Part shown: in pieces, positions 1 to 9,431 of the stretch
How the letters are laid out: each line of letters begins with the position of its first letter
Position numbering within the stretch: position 1 is the stretch's first letter
DNA from: an uncultured Spirochaetales bacterium
GTDB lineage: Bacteria > Spirochaetota > Spirochaetia > Treponematales > JBGSOB01
DNA: 42,364 bases
Assembly: GCA_964538705.1 (NCBI GenBank)
Contig: CAZIEI010000009.1
Coordinates: forward strand, 276-42,639
Direction of reading: 5' to 3'
The notes under the pieces: generated by a model
What the model saw: only the letters and a program-made list of their open reading frames with translations
The model's database searches: none
Told to the model about the DNA's origin: nothing
Position numbers and translations under genes: made by a program

Positions 1-138
1 TGGAAGCCTCGATGGGACCTCGCGATCGCCCTCGAAAAGAGCGTCGCTTGGGAAAAAGCGCGGTTGTCCGGAGAATCTCCCGCGAGCGTATGCGCGAGGC
101 AGATCGGCGAGTACGCGGAGGCCGGAGAAAAGGAATGA
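1..138 (+). CDS. rfbG: 3' end of a CDP-glucose 4,6-dehydratase-like gene (5' part lies upstream of the window)
   Basis: Frame +1 is open from base 1 to TGA at 136-138 and reads WKPRWDLAIALEKSVAWEKARLSGESPASVCARQIGEYAEAGEKE. The W-x-PRW-x-L ... V-x-W ... LSG ... I-x-x-Y pattern matches my recollection of the C-terminal tail of enterobacterial RfbG/DdhB. The stop overlaps the next start (ATGA 135-138). It is absent from the ORF track because it has no start in the window. Confidence 0.5.
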   Translation, partial: WKPRWDLAIALEKSVAWEKARLSGESPASVCARQIGEYAEAGEKE

Positions 139-1175
139 ACCGGATCCTGCGAGAGGACTTCCAGGATATCTTCGCCTCCCTCGAAGGGCGCTCGGACGCG
201 TTCCGCGGAAAGCGCGTCTTCATGACCGGGGGCACGGGCTTCATCGGCTCTTGGCTCACGGGGGCTTTGCTGTGGGCCAATCGGGAAGCGCGCCTCGGAA
301 TGCGGTTGACCCTCTTGAGCCGCGATCCCGAAGCCTTCAAGCAGAAGCGGCCCGAGATCGCCTCGCTCGGTGAGATCGAATTCGTGAAGGGCGACGTCAG
401 GACTTTCGATCCCGCGGAAATTGAGGCGGACCTCGTGGTGAACGGCGCCACGGAAGCGAGCGCGACGCTCAACGCCGAGGCGCCGCTCCTCATGATGGAC
501 ACCATCGTGGAGGGCGCGCGGCGCGTCTCGGAGATCAAGGCTGGAAGGACGCTCTTCCTGAGTTCCGGCGCAGTGTACGGGAAGCCGCCAGCGGGTTTGA
601 GGGTATTCCGCGAGGACTACGAGGGCGCTCCGTCTTCACTCGATCCGGCGCAGGCTTACGGCGTCGCGAAACGCCTCGCCGAGCTCTATACCGTATGCGC
701 CGCTAAGAAGAACGGCTGCGATGCCGTAATAACGCGCTGCTTCGCCTTCGTCGGCCCGTACTTGCCGCTCGACGCGCATTTCGCCATCGGGAATTTCATC
801 CGGGACGGGCTTTCCGGAAAGACGATCAGGATCAACGGGGACGGGAAACCGAAGCGGAGTTATATGTACGCCGCGGACATGGCCAAGGCGTTATTGCTTC
901 TGCTAATCGACGGGAAGCCCGGCGATGCGTACAACGTCGGTTCCGGCGAAGCCGTCTCCATAGCCGAGCTCGGCGACGCGGTATCGAGCGCGTTCGGAGC
1001 GGCTCCCGTGGAAGTCCTCGGGCAGTCGAGGCCGACGGACAGGAACCAGGATTACCTGCCAGATATCTCGAAGATCGAGGCGGAATTCCCTGAAATGAGA
1101 AATAGGCCCCTGTCCGAAGCGATCGCGCGAACGAGGGATTATCACGTGGAGGAACGACACGTTGGACATCATTGA
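135..1175 (+). CDS. NAD(P)-dependent sugar-nucleotide epimerase/reductase (extended SDR family)
   Basis: Rossmann motif GGTGFIGSWL near the N-terminus and catalytic YxxxK (AYGVAKRLAE). Start trimmed from 12 to the ATG at 135 (MNRILRED..), preceded by GGAGAAAAGG; the R-rich 41 aa upstream in the track ORF overlap the previous gene's tail. Confidence 0.8.
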   Translation: MNRILREDFQDIFASLEGRSDAFRGKRVFMTGGTGFIGSWLTGALLWANREARLGMRLTLLSRDPEAFKQKRPEIASLGEIEFVKGDVRTFDPAEIEADLVVNGATEASATLNAEAPLLMMDTIVEGARRVSEIKAGRTLFLSSGAVYGKPPAGLRVFREDYEGAPSSLDPAQAYGVAKRLAELYTVCAAKKNGCDAVITRCFAFVGPYLPLDAHFAIGNFIRDGLSGKTIRINGDGKPKRSYMYAADMAKALLLLLIDGKPGDAYNVGSGEAVSIAELGDAVSSAFGAAPVEVLGQSRPTDRNQDYLPDISKIEAEFPEMRNRPLSEAIARTRDYHVEERHVGHH

Positions 1176-1205
1176 GATGGCGCGATTTATCAACGGAGCG
1201 GCCGC

Positions 1206-1862
1206 ATGAGCGCATACCGGATCGTAGCGTTCGACCTCGACGGGACCCTCATGGACACCTCCGAGGGGATCTTTTCCGCGGCGATCGCCGCTGCCGCGGA
1301 GCTCGGATTGCCGCGGCCGGGGTCGGATTCACTGCGCCGTTTCATCGGGCCCCCTATCCGTATGTCTTTCATGGATGAGTTCCGGCTCGATGCGGAGGCG
1401 GCGACGAAGGCGGTGGAGGTTTTCCGGAGCCATTATCTCGGAGGGGAGATGTACAAGGCGGCGCCGTACCCCGGCATAGTCGACGCTCTCGGCCGGCTCC
1501 GTGCGAAGGGCATCAGCCTCAGGGTGGCGACATACAAGCGCGAAGACATGGCGATCGCGATCCTGGAGAGGTTCGGCATGAGCGGACTCTTCGAATCGAT
1601 CCGGGGCGCGGACGCGGAGAACAAAATGAGCAAGACCGACATCATCATGTTGGCCGTGCCGGAAATCTCGCGGACCGGTACCGGCGGGATCGCTTATGTC
1701 GGGGATGCGGAATCGGACGCGTCGAGCGCGGCTGAGCTGGGATTGGATTTTTTCGCTGCATTGTACGGATTCGGCTTCAAGGATGAACGGAACCCTTCGC
1801 TCGCCTCATGCTCCGGAATGGCCAGGAACGCGTCGGATATAGCACGGATTTTCGCATTATAA
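1206..1862 (+). CDS. HAD-superfamily phosphatase (phosphoglycolate-phosphatase-like subfamily)
   Basis: HAD motif I FDLDGTLMDT at the N-terminus and motif IV-like YVGDAESD; typical ~218 aa size; G/C-rich third codon positions. Confidence 0.8.
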   Translation: MSAYRIVAFDLDGTLMDTSEGIFSAAIAAAAELGLPRPGSDSLRRFIGPPIRMSFMDEFRLDAEAATKAVEVFRSHYLGGEMYKAAPYPGIVDALGRLRAKGISLRVATYKREDMAIAILERFGMSGLFESIRGADAENKMSKTDIIMLAVPEISRTGTGGIAYVGDAESDASSAAELGLDFFAALYGFGFKDERNPSLASCSGMARNASDIARIFAL

Positions 1863-1883
1863 GGGCTTTAGGGGGAATCGAAT

Positions 1884-2963
1884 ATGAATAGAGAATACTT
1901 CGAGGATTTATTCGTCTTGGAACTGGCCAACAACCATTGGGGAAAGGTCTCGCGCGGCCTCAAGATCATCCAGGACTATTCAAAAGTAGTCAGGTTCAAT
2001 AACGTCCGCGCGGCCATAAAGCTGCAGATCCGGGACGTCGACAATTTCATCCACAAGGACTTCAAAGACCGGAGCGATATACGGTACATCAAGAAGACCC
2101 TAGAAACGCAGATATCCAAGCAGGATTACGCCGCGCTCCTCGACGCGATCAGGAAGGGCGGCTGCATAACTATGGCCACGCCGTTCGACGAGGCGTCGGT
2201 CGAAACGTGCGTGGAGCTCGGGGTCCAGATCATCAAGCTCGCGAGCTCGGATCTCAACGACTGGGTCTTGATAGAGAAAATCGCATCCACGAGGAAGCCG
2301 GTGATCGTCTCGACGGGCGGGGTATCGGTCAAGGACCTCGACGATCTCGTGACCTTCTTCGAGAACAGGAACATACCGATGGCGATAAACCATTGCGTAT
2401 CGATCTATCCCGCCGAGGACAACGAACTCGAGATGAACCAGATCGATTTCCTCAAGAACAGGTATCCGAACCACACTATCGGATACTCGACGCACGAGTA
2501 CCACGATTGGACCACGTCAATCACGATCGCCTACGCGAAGGGCGCCAGGACTTTCGAGCGCCACATCGACATCGCGGAGGAGGGGTACGAGGTCTCCAAG
2601 TACTGCTCGTTGCCGGAACAGATCGACCAATGGTTCAAGAGCTACCGGAAGGCCGCCGAGATGTGCGGCGCGCCGGGCACCCAGATACGGATTCCTCCAG
2701 AGAAGGAAACTCGGTACCTTGAAGCCCTCGTCAGGGGTGTCTACGCGGCGAGGGATCTGCCCGCCGGATTCGTCCTGAGCGATAAGGACGTGTACCTCGC
2801 GATACCCCTGCAGAAGGGGCAGATATCGTGCCGCGAGCTCATGAGGGGCGAGGTGCTCCTCAAGCCGGTGAAGAAGGACGATCCGATCATGATCGACATC
2901 ATCGATAGCCCGTACGCGTACAATGACGCGCTTAAGATGCACATATTCGAAAGGGGCCTGTGA
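1884..2963 (+). CDS. NeuB-family PEP-condensing sugar synthase (N-acetylneuraminate/pseudaminate/legionaminate-synthase-like) with C-terminal SAF domain
   Basis: Motifs LELANNHWG (cf. IAEIGxNHNG), ATPFDEASVE, IKLASSDLNDW, VSTGG and NHCVSIYP. C-terminal SAF-like ARDLPAGFVLSDKDV. RBS AGGGGGA lies upstream. Confidence 0.75.
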   Translation: MNREYFEDLFVLELANNHWGKVSRGLKIIQDYSKVVRFNNVRAAIKLQIRDVDNFIHKDFKDRSDIRYIKKTLETQISKQDYAALLDAIRKGGCITMATPFDEASVETCVELGVQIIKLASSDLNDWVLIEKIASTRKPVIVSTGGVSVKDLDDLVTFFENRNIPMAINHCVSIYPAEDNELEMNQIDFLKNRYPNHTIGYSTHEYHDWTTSITIAYAKGARTFERHIDIAEEGYEVSKYCSLPEQIDQWFKSYRKAAEMCGAPGTQIRIPPEKETRYLEALVRGVYAARDLPAGFVLSDKDVYLAIPLQKGQISCRELMRGEVLLKPVKKDDPIMIDIIDSPYAYNDALKMHIFERGL

Positions 2964-4774
2964 GCAACATGGTACGCGTTTCCGACTACATCGCGTCGCG
3001 CCTGCGCGAAGCGGGGATCATCGACGTTTTCATGCTGACGGGCGGCGGCGCGATGCACTTGAACGACGCGCTCGGAAACGCCCCGGGCCTCAACGTGACG
3101 TTCTGCCACCATGAGCAGGCCTGCGCTATCGCCGCGGAGGGATACGCCCGGGCGAGTGGAAGGCTCGCGGCGGTGAACGTGACGACGGGGCCGGGCGGCC
3201 TCAACGCCCTCACCGGAGTCATGGGGCAATGGACGGACTCCGTGCCCGCCGTGTACCTCTCCGGGCAGGTTCGTTACGACACGACCGTTTACGCGAATTC
3301 CGGGAAGGGCATCAGACAGGTCGGGGATCAGGAATTGCCGATCGTCGATATAGTGAGGCCGATGGTCAAATACGCGGTCGTGCTCAAGGACGCGAAGGAT
3401 TCCAGGAAGGTCATGGATACGGCCCTCCGGTTGGCGACCGAAGGCCGGCCCGGCCCGGTATGGATCGACGTGCCCATGAACGTGCAGTCGGCCCGGATAG
3501 ATCCGGATTCCCTCGAAGGCGAGACGCGAGATGACGGCGAGGCCCGGCTCGACGATCCGGCCGAGGCGGCCAGGAGGATATATTCGATGCTGAACGCGGC
3601 CGAGCGGCCGGCCGTGATCGCCGGCCACGGCGTGCGATTGTCCGGGCAGATCGATAATCTAAAGAAATGGACGAACGGCGCCTGCTTGCCGGTCCTGACG
3701 ACGTTCAACGGCTTCGACGCGGTGGAGGACGACGACCCGTGCTTCATCGGGAGGATCGGGACTATCGGCAATAGAGCGGGCAATTTCGTGCTCCAGAACG
3801 CCGATCTCGTCGTGTGCCTTGGGACGCGGAACAATATACGGCAGATCAGCTATAACTGGGAAAATTTCGCGCGATCCGCGAAAAAAGTCGTTATCGATAT
3901 CGACGCCGCCGAACTCGAGAAACCGACTATCCGACCGGACGTCGGATTCGCGGCCGACCTCCGCGGGTTAATTCCGGAGCTCCTTAAGCTCATGGACGGT
4001 ACCGTTCCGGAAAAGCGCATGAAGTGGATGGAGTGGGCGAGGGAACGGCGCGCGAAGAATCCGACGTGGCCCGCCGACAAGGCTGTCGCAAGGGATATCG
4101 ATCCATACGCGTTCTGCAGGGCGTTGAGCGACGCCCTGCCCGAAGGCGCGATACTGGTATCGGGAAACGCGACCCCGAGCATCGCTTACCTACAATCCGG
4201 AAAATGCAAGCCGAGGCAGCATGTGATCTGGAATTCGGGCTGCGCCGCCATGGGGTACGATCTTCCCGCGGCGATAGGCGCATGCGTCGGATCCGGTAAG
4301 AAGGACGTGATCTGCATTACCGGCGACGGAAGCATACAGATGAACATCCAGGAATTGGCGACGATCGCCTATCGGCGTCTCCCGATCAAGATCATCTGCT
4401 TCAATAACGGCGGCTATATATCGATCAAGCAGACCCAGGACAGCTTTTTCCCCGGAAGAAGGGTGGGAATCGGGCCCGAGTCCGGCGTCGGTTTCCCCGA
4501 CATGCAGAGGATAGCGGCCGCGTACGGCATTCCCCGCATGTCGATCCGGAACGGCCGGGCCGTCGAGGCCGGAATACGGAAGGTCCTGCGGAGCGATGGA
4601 CCGATCTTCTGTGAAGTCATGCTGCCCCATGACTACGTCTATTCACCCAAGCTGTCTTCCGAGAAGAAGCCCGACGGCAGGATGGTCTCCAAGCCGCTCG
4701 AGGACATGTACCCGTTCATGGATCGGGAAGAATTCCTTTCCAATATGATCGTGCCTCCGATCGAGGAGCGGTGA
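2960..4774 (+). CDS. Thiamine-diphosphate-dependent enzyme, acetolactate-synthase large-subunit / YerE-like family
   Basis: 604 aa. N-terminal PYR domain (VFMLTGGGAMHLNDAL, NVTTGPGGLNALTGV). Canonical ThDP motif GDGSIQMN-x23-NNGGY. GTG start overlaps the upstream stop (GTGA 2960-2963); alternative ATG at 2969. Confidence 0.8.
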   Translation: MSNMVRVSDYIASRLREAGIIDVFMLTGGGAMHLNDALGNAPGLNVTFCHHEQACAIAAEGYARASGRLAAVNVTTGPGGLNALTGVMGQWTDSVPAVYLSGQVRYDTTVYANSGKGIRQVGDQELPIVDIVRPMVKYAVVLKDAKDSRKVMDTALRLATEGRPGPVWIDVPMNVQSARIDPDSLEGETRDDGEARLDDPAEAARRIYSMLNAAERPAVIAGHGVRLSGQIDNLKKWTNGACLPVLTTFNGFDAVEDDDPCFIGRIGTIGNRAGNFVLQNADLVVCLGTRNNIRQISYNWENFARSAKKVVIDIDAAELEKPTIRPDVGFAADLRGLIPELLKLMDGTVPEKRMKWMEWARERRAKNPTWPADKAVARDIDPYAFCRALSDALPEGAILVSGNATPSIAYLQSGKCKPRQHVIWNSGCAAMGYDLPAAIGACVGSGKKDVICITGDGSIQMNIQELATIAYRRLPIKIICFNNGGYISIKQTQDSFFPGRRVGIGPESGVGFPDMQRIAAAYGIPRMSIRNGRAVEAGIRKVLRSDGPIFCEVMLPHDYVYSPKLSSEKKPDGRMVSKPLEDMYPFMDREEFLSNMIVPPIEER

Positions 4775-4834
4775 TTCGATGCATTTGGCGCGAAAGGCGC
4801 GCGCTTCGATAAGGCGCGCGTCCCTCATAAACGG

Positions 4835-5917
4835 ATGGGCGGCATGAAGGTCCTGGCCTGCCTCCTCAAATACGACTATGGCGTTCCCGCGCGCGGCGAA
4901 TCCGGGGAGAAGCTCGTGATGGCGCCCGCGATGGAGACCGCCGGCGCCGAGGTCGCAACGTTCTGGCTCGAAGAGAATGGCTATCCCGGAGACATGGACG
5001 GGCTGCAGGCCAAGATCATCCGAGAGGCGGATCGGGTGAAGCCGGACCTCATCTATTTCCAGCTCATGCGGAACGAGGTGCGGAACGAGACGCTCGACGC
5101 ATTGAAGTCGAAATGGCTCACCGTGAATTTGTTCTGCGACGATCAATGGCGGTTCGAGGATTACTCCCGGTTCGTGGCGCCGCATCTCGGCGCGTCGATC
5201 ACCGTGGACAAGTTCAAGGTCGACGGGTATAGGGATCTCGGCTGCCGCGTCCTGAGATCGCAATGGGGAAGCCCGCGGTACGTCAGGGGCCTCGATCCGT
5301 CCAAGGCGGATTACCTCTACGACGTCAGCTTCATCGGGGGCAGGAACGCGACCCGCGAATGGACCGTCAGGGCATTGGCCAAAGCCGGCATCCAGGTAGC
5401 CTGCTTCGGGCATGGATGGCCGAACGGGCGCGTGGATATCCCGAAGATGGAAGAGATATTTTACAGGTCGAAAATCAATCTGAACTTGTCGAATTCCATC
5501 CCCTCGCTGCCTTCATTCAGGCGTTTCGTATTCGGGGACACGCTGAGAGCTTTTCTCGGTATGAACGCCCGGCGCTACGGTTCGTGGGCGAAAAGTATCA
5601 GAAAAGCCTTAGGGAACTTGTACTCGATGGCATTCAGCAAGAAACGGCGCGAGTCCATCAAAGCCCGTAATTTCGAGATACCCGCCGCGGGCGGATTCCA
5701 GCTCAGCCAATTCGCCCTCGAGATCGACGATTACTTCGTCCCGGGGAAGGAGATCGCCTTGTTCGCGACGATCGACGAGCTCATCGCGCAGGCGAAGTAC
5801 TACCTCAAGCATGAGGATGAGCGGATCGCGATTTGCCGAGGCGGGTATGCGCGATCGGAGAAGTACTCCTACGCGGATCGTTTCAAGGCCGTATTCGAGG
5901 AGCTGGGCTTGGCATGA
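4835..5917 (+). CDS. CgeB-family / Glyco_trans_1_2-type putative glycosyltransferase
   Basis: The C-terminal region FEIPAAGGFQLSQF..GKEIALFATIDELIAQAKYYLKHEDERIAICRGGYARS resembles the CgeB/DUF3880-type GT-B C-terminal domain, and the gene sits among sugar genes. Alternative start ATG 4844. Confidence 0.55.
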   Translation: MGGMKVLACLLKYDYGVPARGESGEKLVMAPAMETAGAEVATFWLEENGYPGDMDGLQAKIIREADRVKPDLIYFQLMRNEVRNETLDALKSKWLTVNLFCDDQWRFEDYSRFVAPHLGASITVDKFKVDGYRDLGCRVLRSQWGSPRYVRGLDPSKADYLYDVSFIGGRNATREWTVRALAKAGIQVACFGHGWPNGRVDIPKMEEIFYRSKINLNLSNSIPSLPSFRRFVFGDTLRAFLGMNARRYGSWAKSIRKALGNLYSMAFSKKRRESIKARNFEIPAAGGFQLSQFALEIDDYFVPGKEIALFATIDELIAQAKYYLKHEDERIAICRGGYARSEKYSYADRFKAVFEELGLA

Positions 5918-7788
5918 AAAAAATATCCATAGTCGTCGACAAGTACTACCAGAAGAATCGGCTCTTCGACCTCTCCGATCCGAAGGTCAACCGCGACGAT
6001 TGCATGTATCCCTTCTACGCGCTCAAGCGCAGGTGCGCCGAAATGGGATATGACCTCTCGACGAACGACATCAATACGCCATCGGAGTCATGCCTCGTCC
6101 TCTACAACGACATGCCCGCGACGTTGCCCGACCCGGCAGACGCGCTAAAATCCGTGTTGCTGGCTTGGGAGAGCCCGCTCGTCAAGCCGCAAAACTTCGA
6201 TCGCGTTTCGCACGAGCGTTTCGAGAGGGTATATACCTACGACGACCGCCTCGTGGACGGAAAGAAATACCGCAAGCTCTTCTACTCGCAGCGATTCCCC
6301 GAATCGCTCGATTTCCATCTGAAATCCATGCCGGAAGGATTCATGTGCGTCATCGCGGGCAATAAGAGGAGCGCGCATCCGCTCGAGCTCTACTCCGAAC
6401 GGCTCAGGACAATCAAATGGTATGAGGAGAACCATCCGGGAGAACTGGATCTCTACGGATTCGGGTGGAACGAGCGCGTTTTCCGGGGGCCCAAGATCGT
6501 GCGGGCCTTGAACAGGATAGGTTTGGCTAGAAAGGCGTTCGTGAGGGACAAGCGGCCGAGCTATCGGGGCAAGGCCGATGATAAAAGAAGCGTATTCGGA
6601 CGGTACCGATTCGCGCTCTGTTATGAGAATATCCGCGATATCCCGGGGTACATTACGGAAAAGCTGCTCGACGCCATGCTCTCCGGATGCGTGCCGATTT
6701 ATTGGGGCGCGCCGAACGTCTCGGACTTCGTACCATCGGATTGCTTCATCGACAGGCGGAATTTCAAGGATGAGGAGAGCCTCTATCGCTTCCTTTCCGG
6801 GATGAAGGAACGCGAGCATCGTTCGTATCGTGAGAGGATGTCCGCGTTCCTTAAAAGCGAGGCGGCGCGACCGTTTAAAACCGAGGGCTTCGTCGACGAG
6901 ATGACGGGAATGGTGCGGGAGCGCGAGTCCGGTCGGGGACACCGCAAATACCTCCTCACGATAGCCATCCCGACATTCAATCGAGCTGAATATCTTTCGG
7001 AATTGCTCGACAGTATGATTCCGCAAGTCGCGCGCGCGAACCGGGAATTTGCGGCCGTTCAGCTCCTCATAAGCGATAATTGCTCGAGCGATGGAACGCC
7101 GGAGGTCATTGAAAGCAAGCTCCGGGGCAAGCCCTGGGTATCGCTCTACCGTAACGACCGGAACGTGGGCGGAGACGAGAATTTCATCCTCTGCGTAGAG
7201 CGAGCGGAAGGAGATTACGTCTGGCTTTTCGGCGACGACGACATTCTCCTGGAGGACGGCATCGCCAGGATTATACGCGCGTTGAGCCGTTATTCCCCCG
7301 CGCTGGTCATCTGCGCGAGCAATTCGCCGCGCTCCGCTATTTTCCCTTCATATAGGAGCGTCCTGGGGCATTTCCTCCGCCGGAGCCTCGTTTTCCCGTG
7401 GAATCATACGCTCATAACCTCCAACGTGTTCCTGAAGGACGGTTTCCGATGCGATGTCGCGAGGGGTATGCGCCATACGAATTACGGCCACATGTACGCG
7501 ATGATGGATATGCTGAGGGAGAGGTCGAACCGGATCGTGGTGCTCTCCAAGAATAAGGCGGCATTCGATCTTCGGAAAGTGCGGGCGCCATTCGAAGTCG
7601 AGCCGCAGAACATAGAGAAAAAAATCGTCAATTACGTCGTCGCGCTCTCGAAGGCTTTGGAATACTCCCCTCCCGCGATAGGCGTCAATTTCTTCTTCCG
7701 GGTGTATAACAGGATGAGGGGCCTCGCATTACCGCTCGCGAGGCTCATAAAGCGTAGCAGCGAGTCGCTCCTGGGGTGGCCGAAGTGA
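5914..7788 (+). CDS. Two-domain glycosyltransferase: N-terminal GT10 alpha-1,3/4-fucosyltransferase-like domain fused to a C-terminal GT2 domain
   Basis: The N-half carries YRFALCYENIRDIPGYITEKLLDAMLSGCVPIYWGAPNVSDFVPSDCFIDRRNF. This matches the GT10 signature recalled from Helicobacter FutA (FNLCFENS..GYVTEKI.DA....IPIYWG.P.V..DFNP.SF). The C-half (from ~6945) has GT2 hallmarks LLTIAIPTFNRAEYL, SDNCSSDGT and LFGDDDIL. Start trimmed to ATG 5914 (MKKISIVV), overlapping the upstream stop (ATGA). Confidence 0.75.
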   Translation: MKKISIVVDKYYQKNRLFDLSDPKVNRDDCMYPFYALKRRCAEMGYDLSTNDINTPSESCLVLYNDMPATLPDPADALKSVLLAWESPLVKPQNFDRVSHERFERVYTYDDRLVDGKKYRKLFYSQRFPESLDFHLKSMPEGFMCVIAGNKRSAHPLELYSERLRTIKWYEENHPGELDLYGFGWNERVFRGPKIVRALNRIGLARKAFVRDKRPSYRGKADDKRSVFGRYRFALCYENIRDIPGYITEKLLDAMLSGCVPIYWGAPNVSDFVPSDCFIDRRNFKDEESLYRFLSGMKEREHRSYRERMSAFLKSEAARPFKTEGFVDEMTGMVRERESGRGHRKYLLTIAIPTFNRAEYLSELLDSMIPQVARANREFAAVQLLISDNCSSDGTPEVIESKLRGKPWVSLYRNDRNVGGDENFILCVERAEGDYVWLFGDDDILLEDGIARIIRALSRYSPALVICASNSPRSAIFPSYRSVLGHFLRRSLVFPWNHTLITSNVFLKDGFRCDVARGMRHTNYGHMYAMMDMLRERSNRIVVLSKNKAAFDLRKVRAPFEVEPQNIEKKIVNYVVALSKALEYSPPAIGVNFFFRVYNRMRGLALPLARLIKRSSESLLGWPK

Positions 7789-9353
7789 ACGCAAGGAAGA
7801 ACTACCTGATGACCTTCCTGAGCGGGTTCGGAGGAGCGGTCGTCTCGACGGGCCTCGGCTTGGTATCGGCGCCGCTTTCGCTCTCCTATTGGGGCGAGGA
7901 GCGTTTCGGGCTATGGGCCATCCTGCTCTCCGTCCTCTCGTACCTCAGCGTGTCGAATTTCGGGATCGGGCAGGCGGCCACGACCCTGATCGGGAAGAAC
8001 AACGAGTACTCGGATAAGCGGAGGATCCTGGGACGTTCCGCGATAGCCCTGGCGGTATCGATAGCCGCCAGCGTGGCCATCCTCGTGACGATCAGCGCCT
8101 TCTATCCCGGATGGCATAGGCTGCTCGGAAAGATCCCCGCGAACCTCGAAGCCGAAGCGAAACGGACGAGCGTCCTCATCATGGCGTTCTTCTTCGCCAA
8201 CCTGCCCTTCACGCTCGTCTCCAGCGCCCTCGTCGGGACGCAGAGGGCCTATCTCGAGAACGTATTCCAGATAGGCGGTACGGTCGCGAATTTCCTCGGC
8301 CTCGTTTCGGTCATCCTCCTCAGGCTGTCATTGCCGTGGTACGCGGTCATGAACGGATTATTCTCGCTCGCGCTGAATGCCGCGAAGGCGGTCGTCGCGT
8401 TCACGGGAAAGGGCGCGTCCTTGCGGAGCGCCGGCGATCGTACCTCGGACGCGCCGATGCCCGCGTCTCCTGATGCCGGGTATCGCACGCTCCTGCGGAC
8501 GAGCGCGCGCTTCTTCCTGATATGGCTCGCGGCGACCCTGGTATGGAATACCGACAATTTCGTCGTATCGAACGTCATAGGGCTCAAGGAGGTCACGCCC
8601 TATTCCATCACGTTCAAATTCTACAACCTCATATTCACCTGCATTTTCATCGTCAATAATTCGCTCCTCCCCCTCATGGCGAAGGAATACGGAGCGGGTA
8701 ACTGGGAATGGATATCGAAATACTATAGAAGCTTCACGGTGATCGGGTCGTCCCTCGGGGGATTGGCACTCGTCGGCGGCCTCTCGTTCGGCCACGATTT
8801 CGTGCTGCTGTGGACCGGCCCCAAGGGATACGCCGGAACGGGCGTCCTCGTCTTCCTCGGGCTCTATTCGTACCTGCTTTCGATGGTGAATTTCAATTCA
8901 GGCATCATCAACACCTTCAATTACACGAAGGGGACATGGCTCATCGCCTTCGCCGAAGGCGGGACGAAGATAGGGGCGTCCATACTGCTGGGCAGGAGAT
9001 TCGGGCTCCCCGGGATCGCCGCGGGCACGATGCTCGGTTCGTTCCTTGCGCCCGCTTGGATCTGCCCTATTATCATCTACTTAAGAAGCCAAAAACGATT
9101 GCGTTTCCAGTGGAAGAGAATGATTTTGCATTTTATTGGATGCGTAGCGCCTTGCGGACTACTCGCCGCTTTAATTAATGTAAACATCAAATCAACGGTT
9201 ATCCGGATTCTGCTTGGCATTGTCCTAGTGTTCATTTACTGTCTGGGGACTTTTTTCACTTGGCCTATGGACATCAAGAAGACATTCTCAACGCTCCTAT
9301 CAGGAGCCCTCAATATCATAAGGGGGCGAGGCGGGATCATTGAAAAGGTATAA
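7776..9353 (+). CDS. wzx: Polysaccharide flippase (Wzx / MOP superfamily), copy 1
   Basis: About 12 hydrophobic segments and a polysaccharide-locus context. The GTG start at 7776 overlaps the upstream gene's end (alternative GTG 7785 as GTGA, or ATG 7809). Composition drops from GC-rich to AT-rich at ~9060, inside the gene. Confidence 0.7.
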   Translation: MAEVNARKNYLMTFLSGFGGAVVSTGLGLVSAPLSLSYWGEERFGLWAILLSVLSYLSVSNFGIGQAATTLIGKNNEYSDKRRILGRSAIALAVSIAASVAILVTISAFYPGWHRLLGKIPANLEAEAKRTSVLIMAFFFANLPFTLVSSALVGTQRAYLENVFQIGGTVANFLGLVSVILLRLSLPWYAVMNGLFSLALNAAKAVVAFTGKGASLRSAGDRTSDAPMPASPDAGYRTLLRTSARFFLIWLAATLVWNTDNFVVSNVIGLKEVTPYSITFKFYNLIFTCIFIVNNSLLPLMAKEYGAGNWEWISKYYRSFTVIGSSLGGLALVGGLSFGHDFVLLWTGPKGYAGTGVLVFLGLYSYLLSMVNFNSGIINTFNYTKGTWLIAFAEGGTKIGASILLGRRFGLPGIAAGTMLGSFLAPAWICPIIIYLRSQKRLRFQWKRMILHFIGCVAPCGLLAALINVNIKSTVIRILLGIVLVFIYCLGTFFTWPMDIKKTFSTLLSGALNIIRGRGGIIEKV

Positions 9354-9431
9354 ACCCCCGGGAATGACAACAATTAGCGGTATGGCGGAATTCCCGGAGC
9401 ATCGCTGAATAAACGATTTAATCTCCGTTGA

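Noticed and set aside
8764-8780. TGGCAC-N5-GGCG resembling the -24 element of a sigma54 promoter
   Set aside because: It lies inside wzx copy 1, and the -12 element (TTGC) is not matched.
9358-9397. Inverted repeat CCGGGAAT...ATTCCCGG between the two wzx genes, considered as an intrinsic terminator
   Set aside because: It has only an 8-bp stem with a 24-nt loop and no T-tract, so it is unlikely to terminate transcription. It may just mark the recombination junction.
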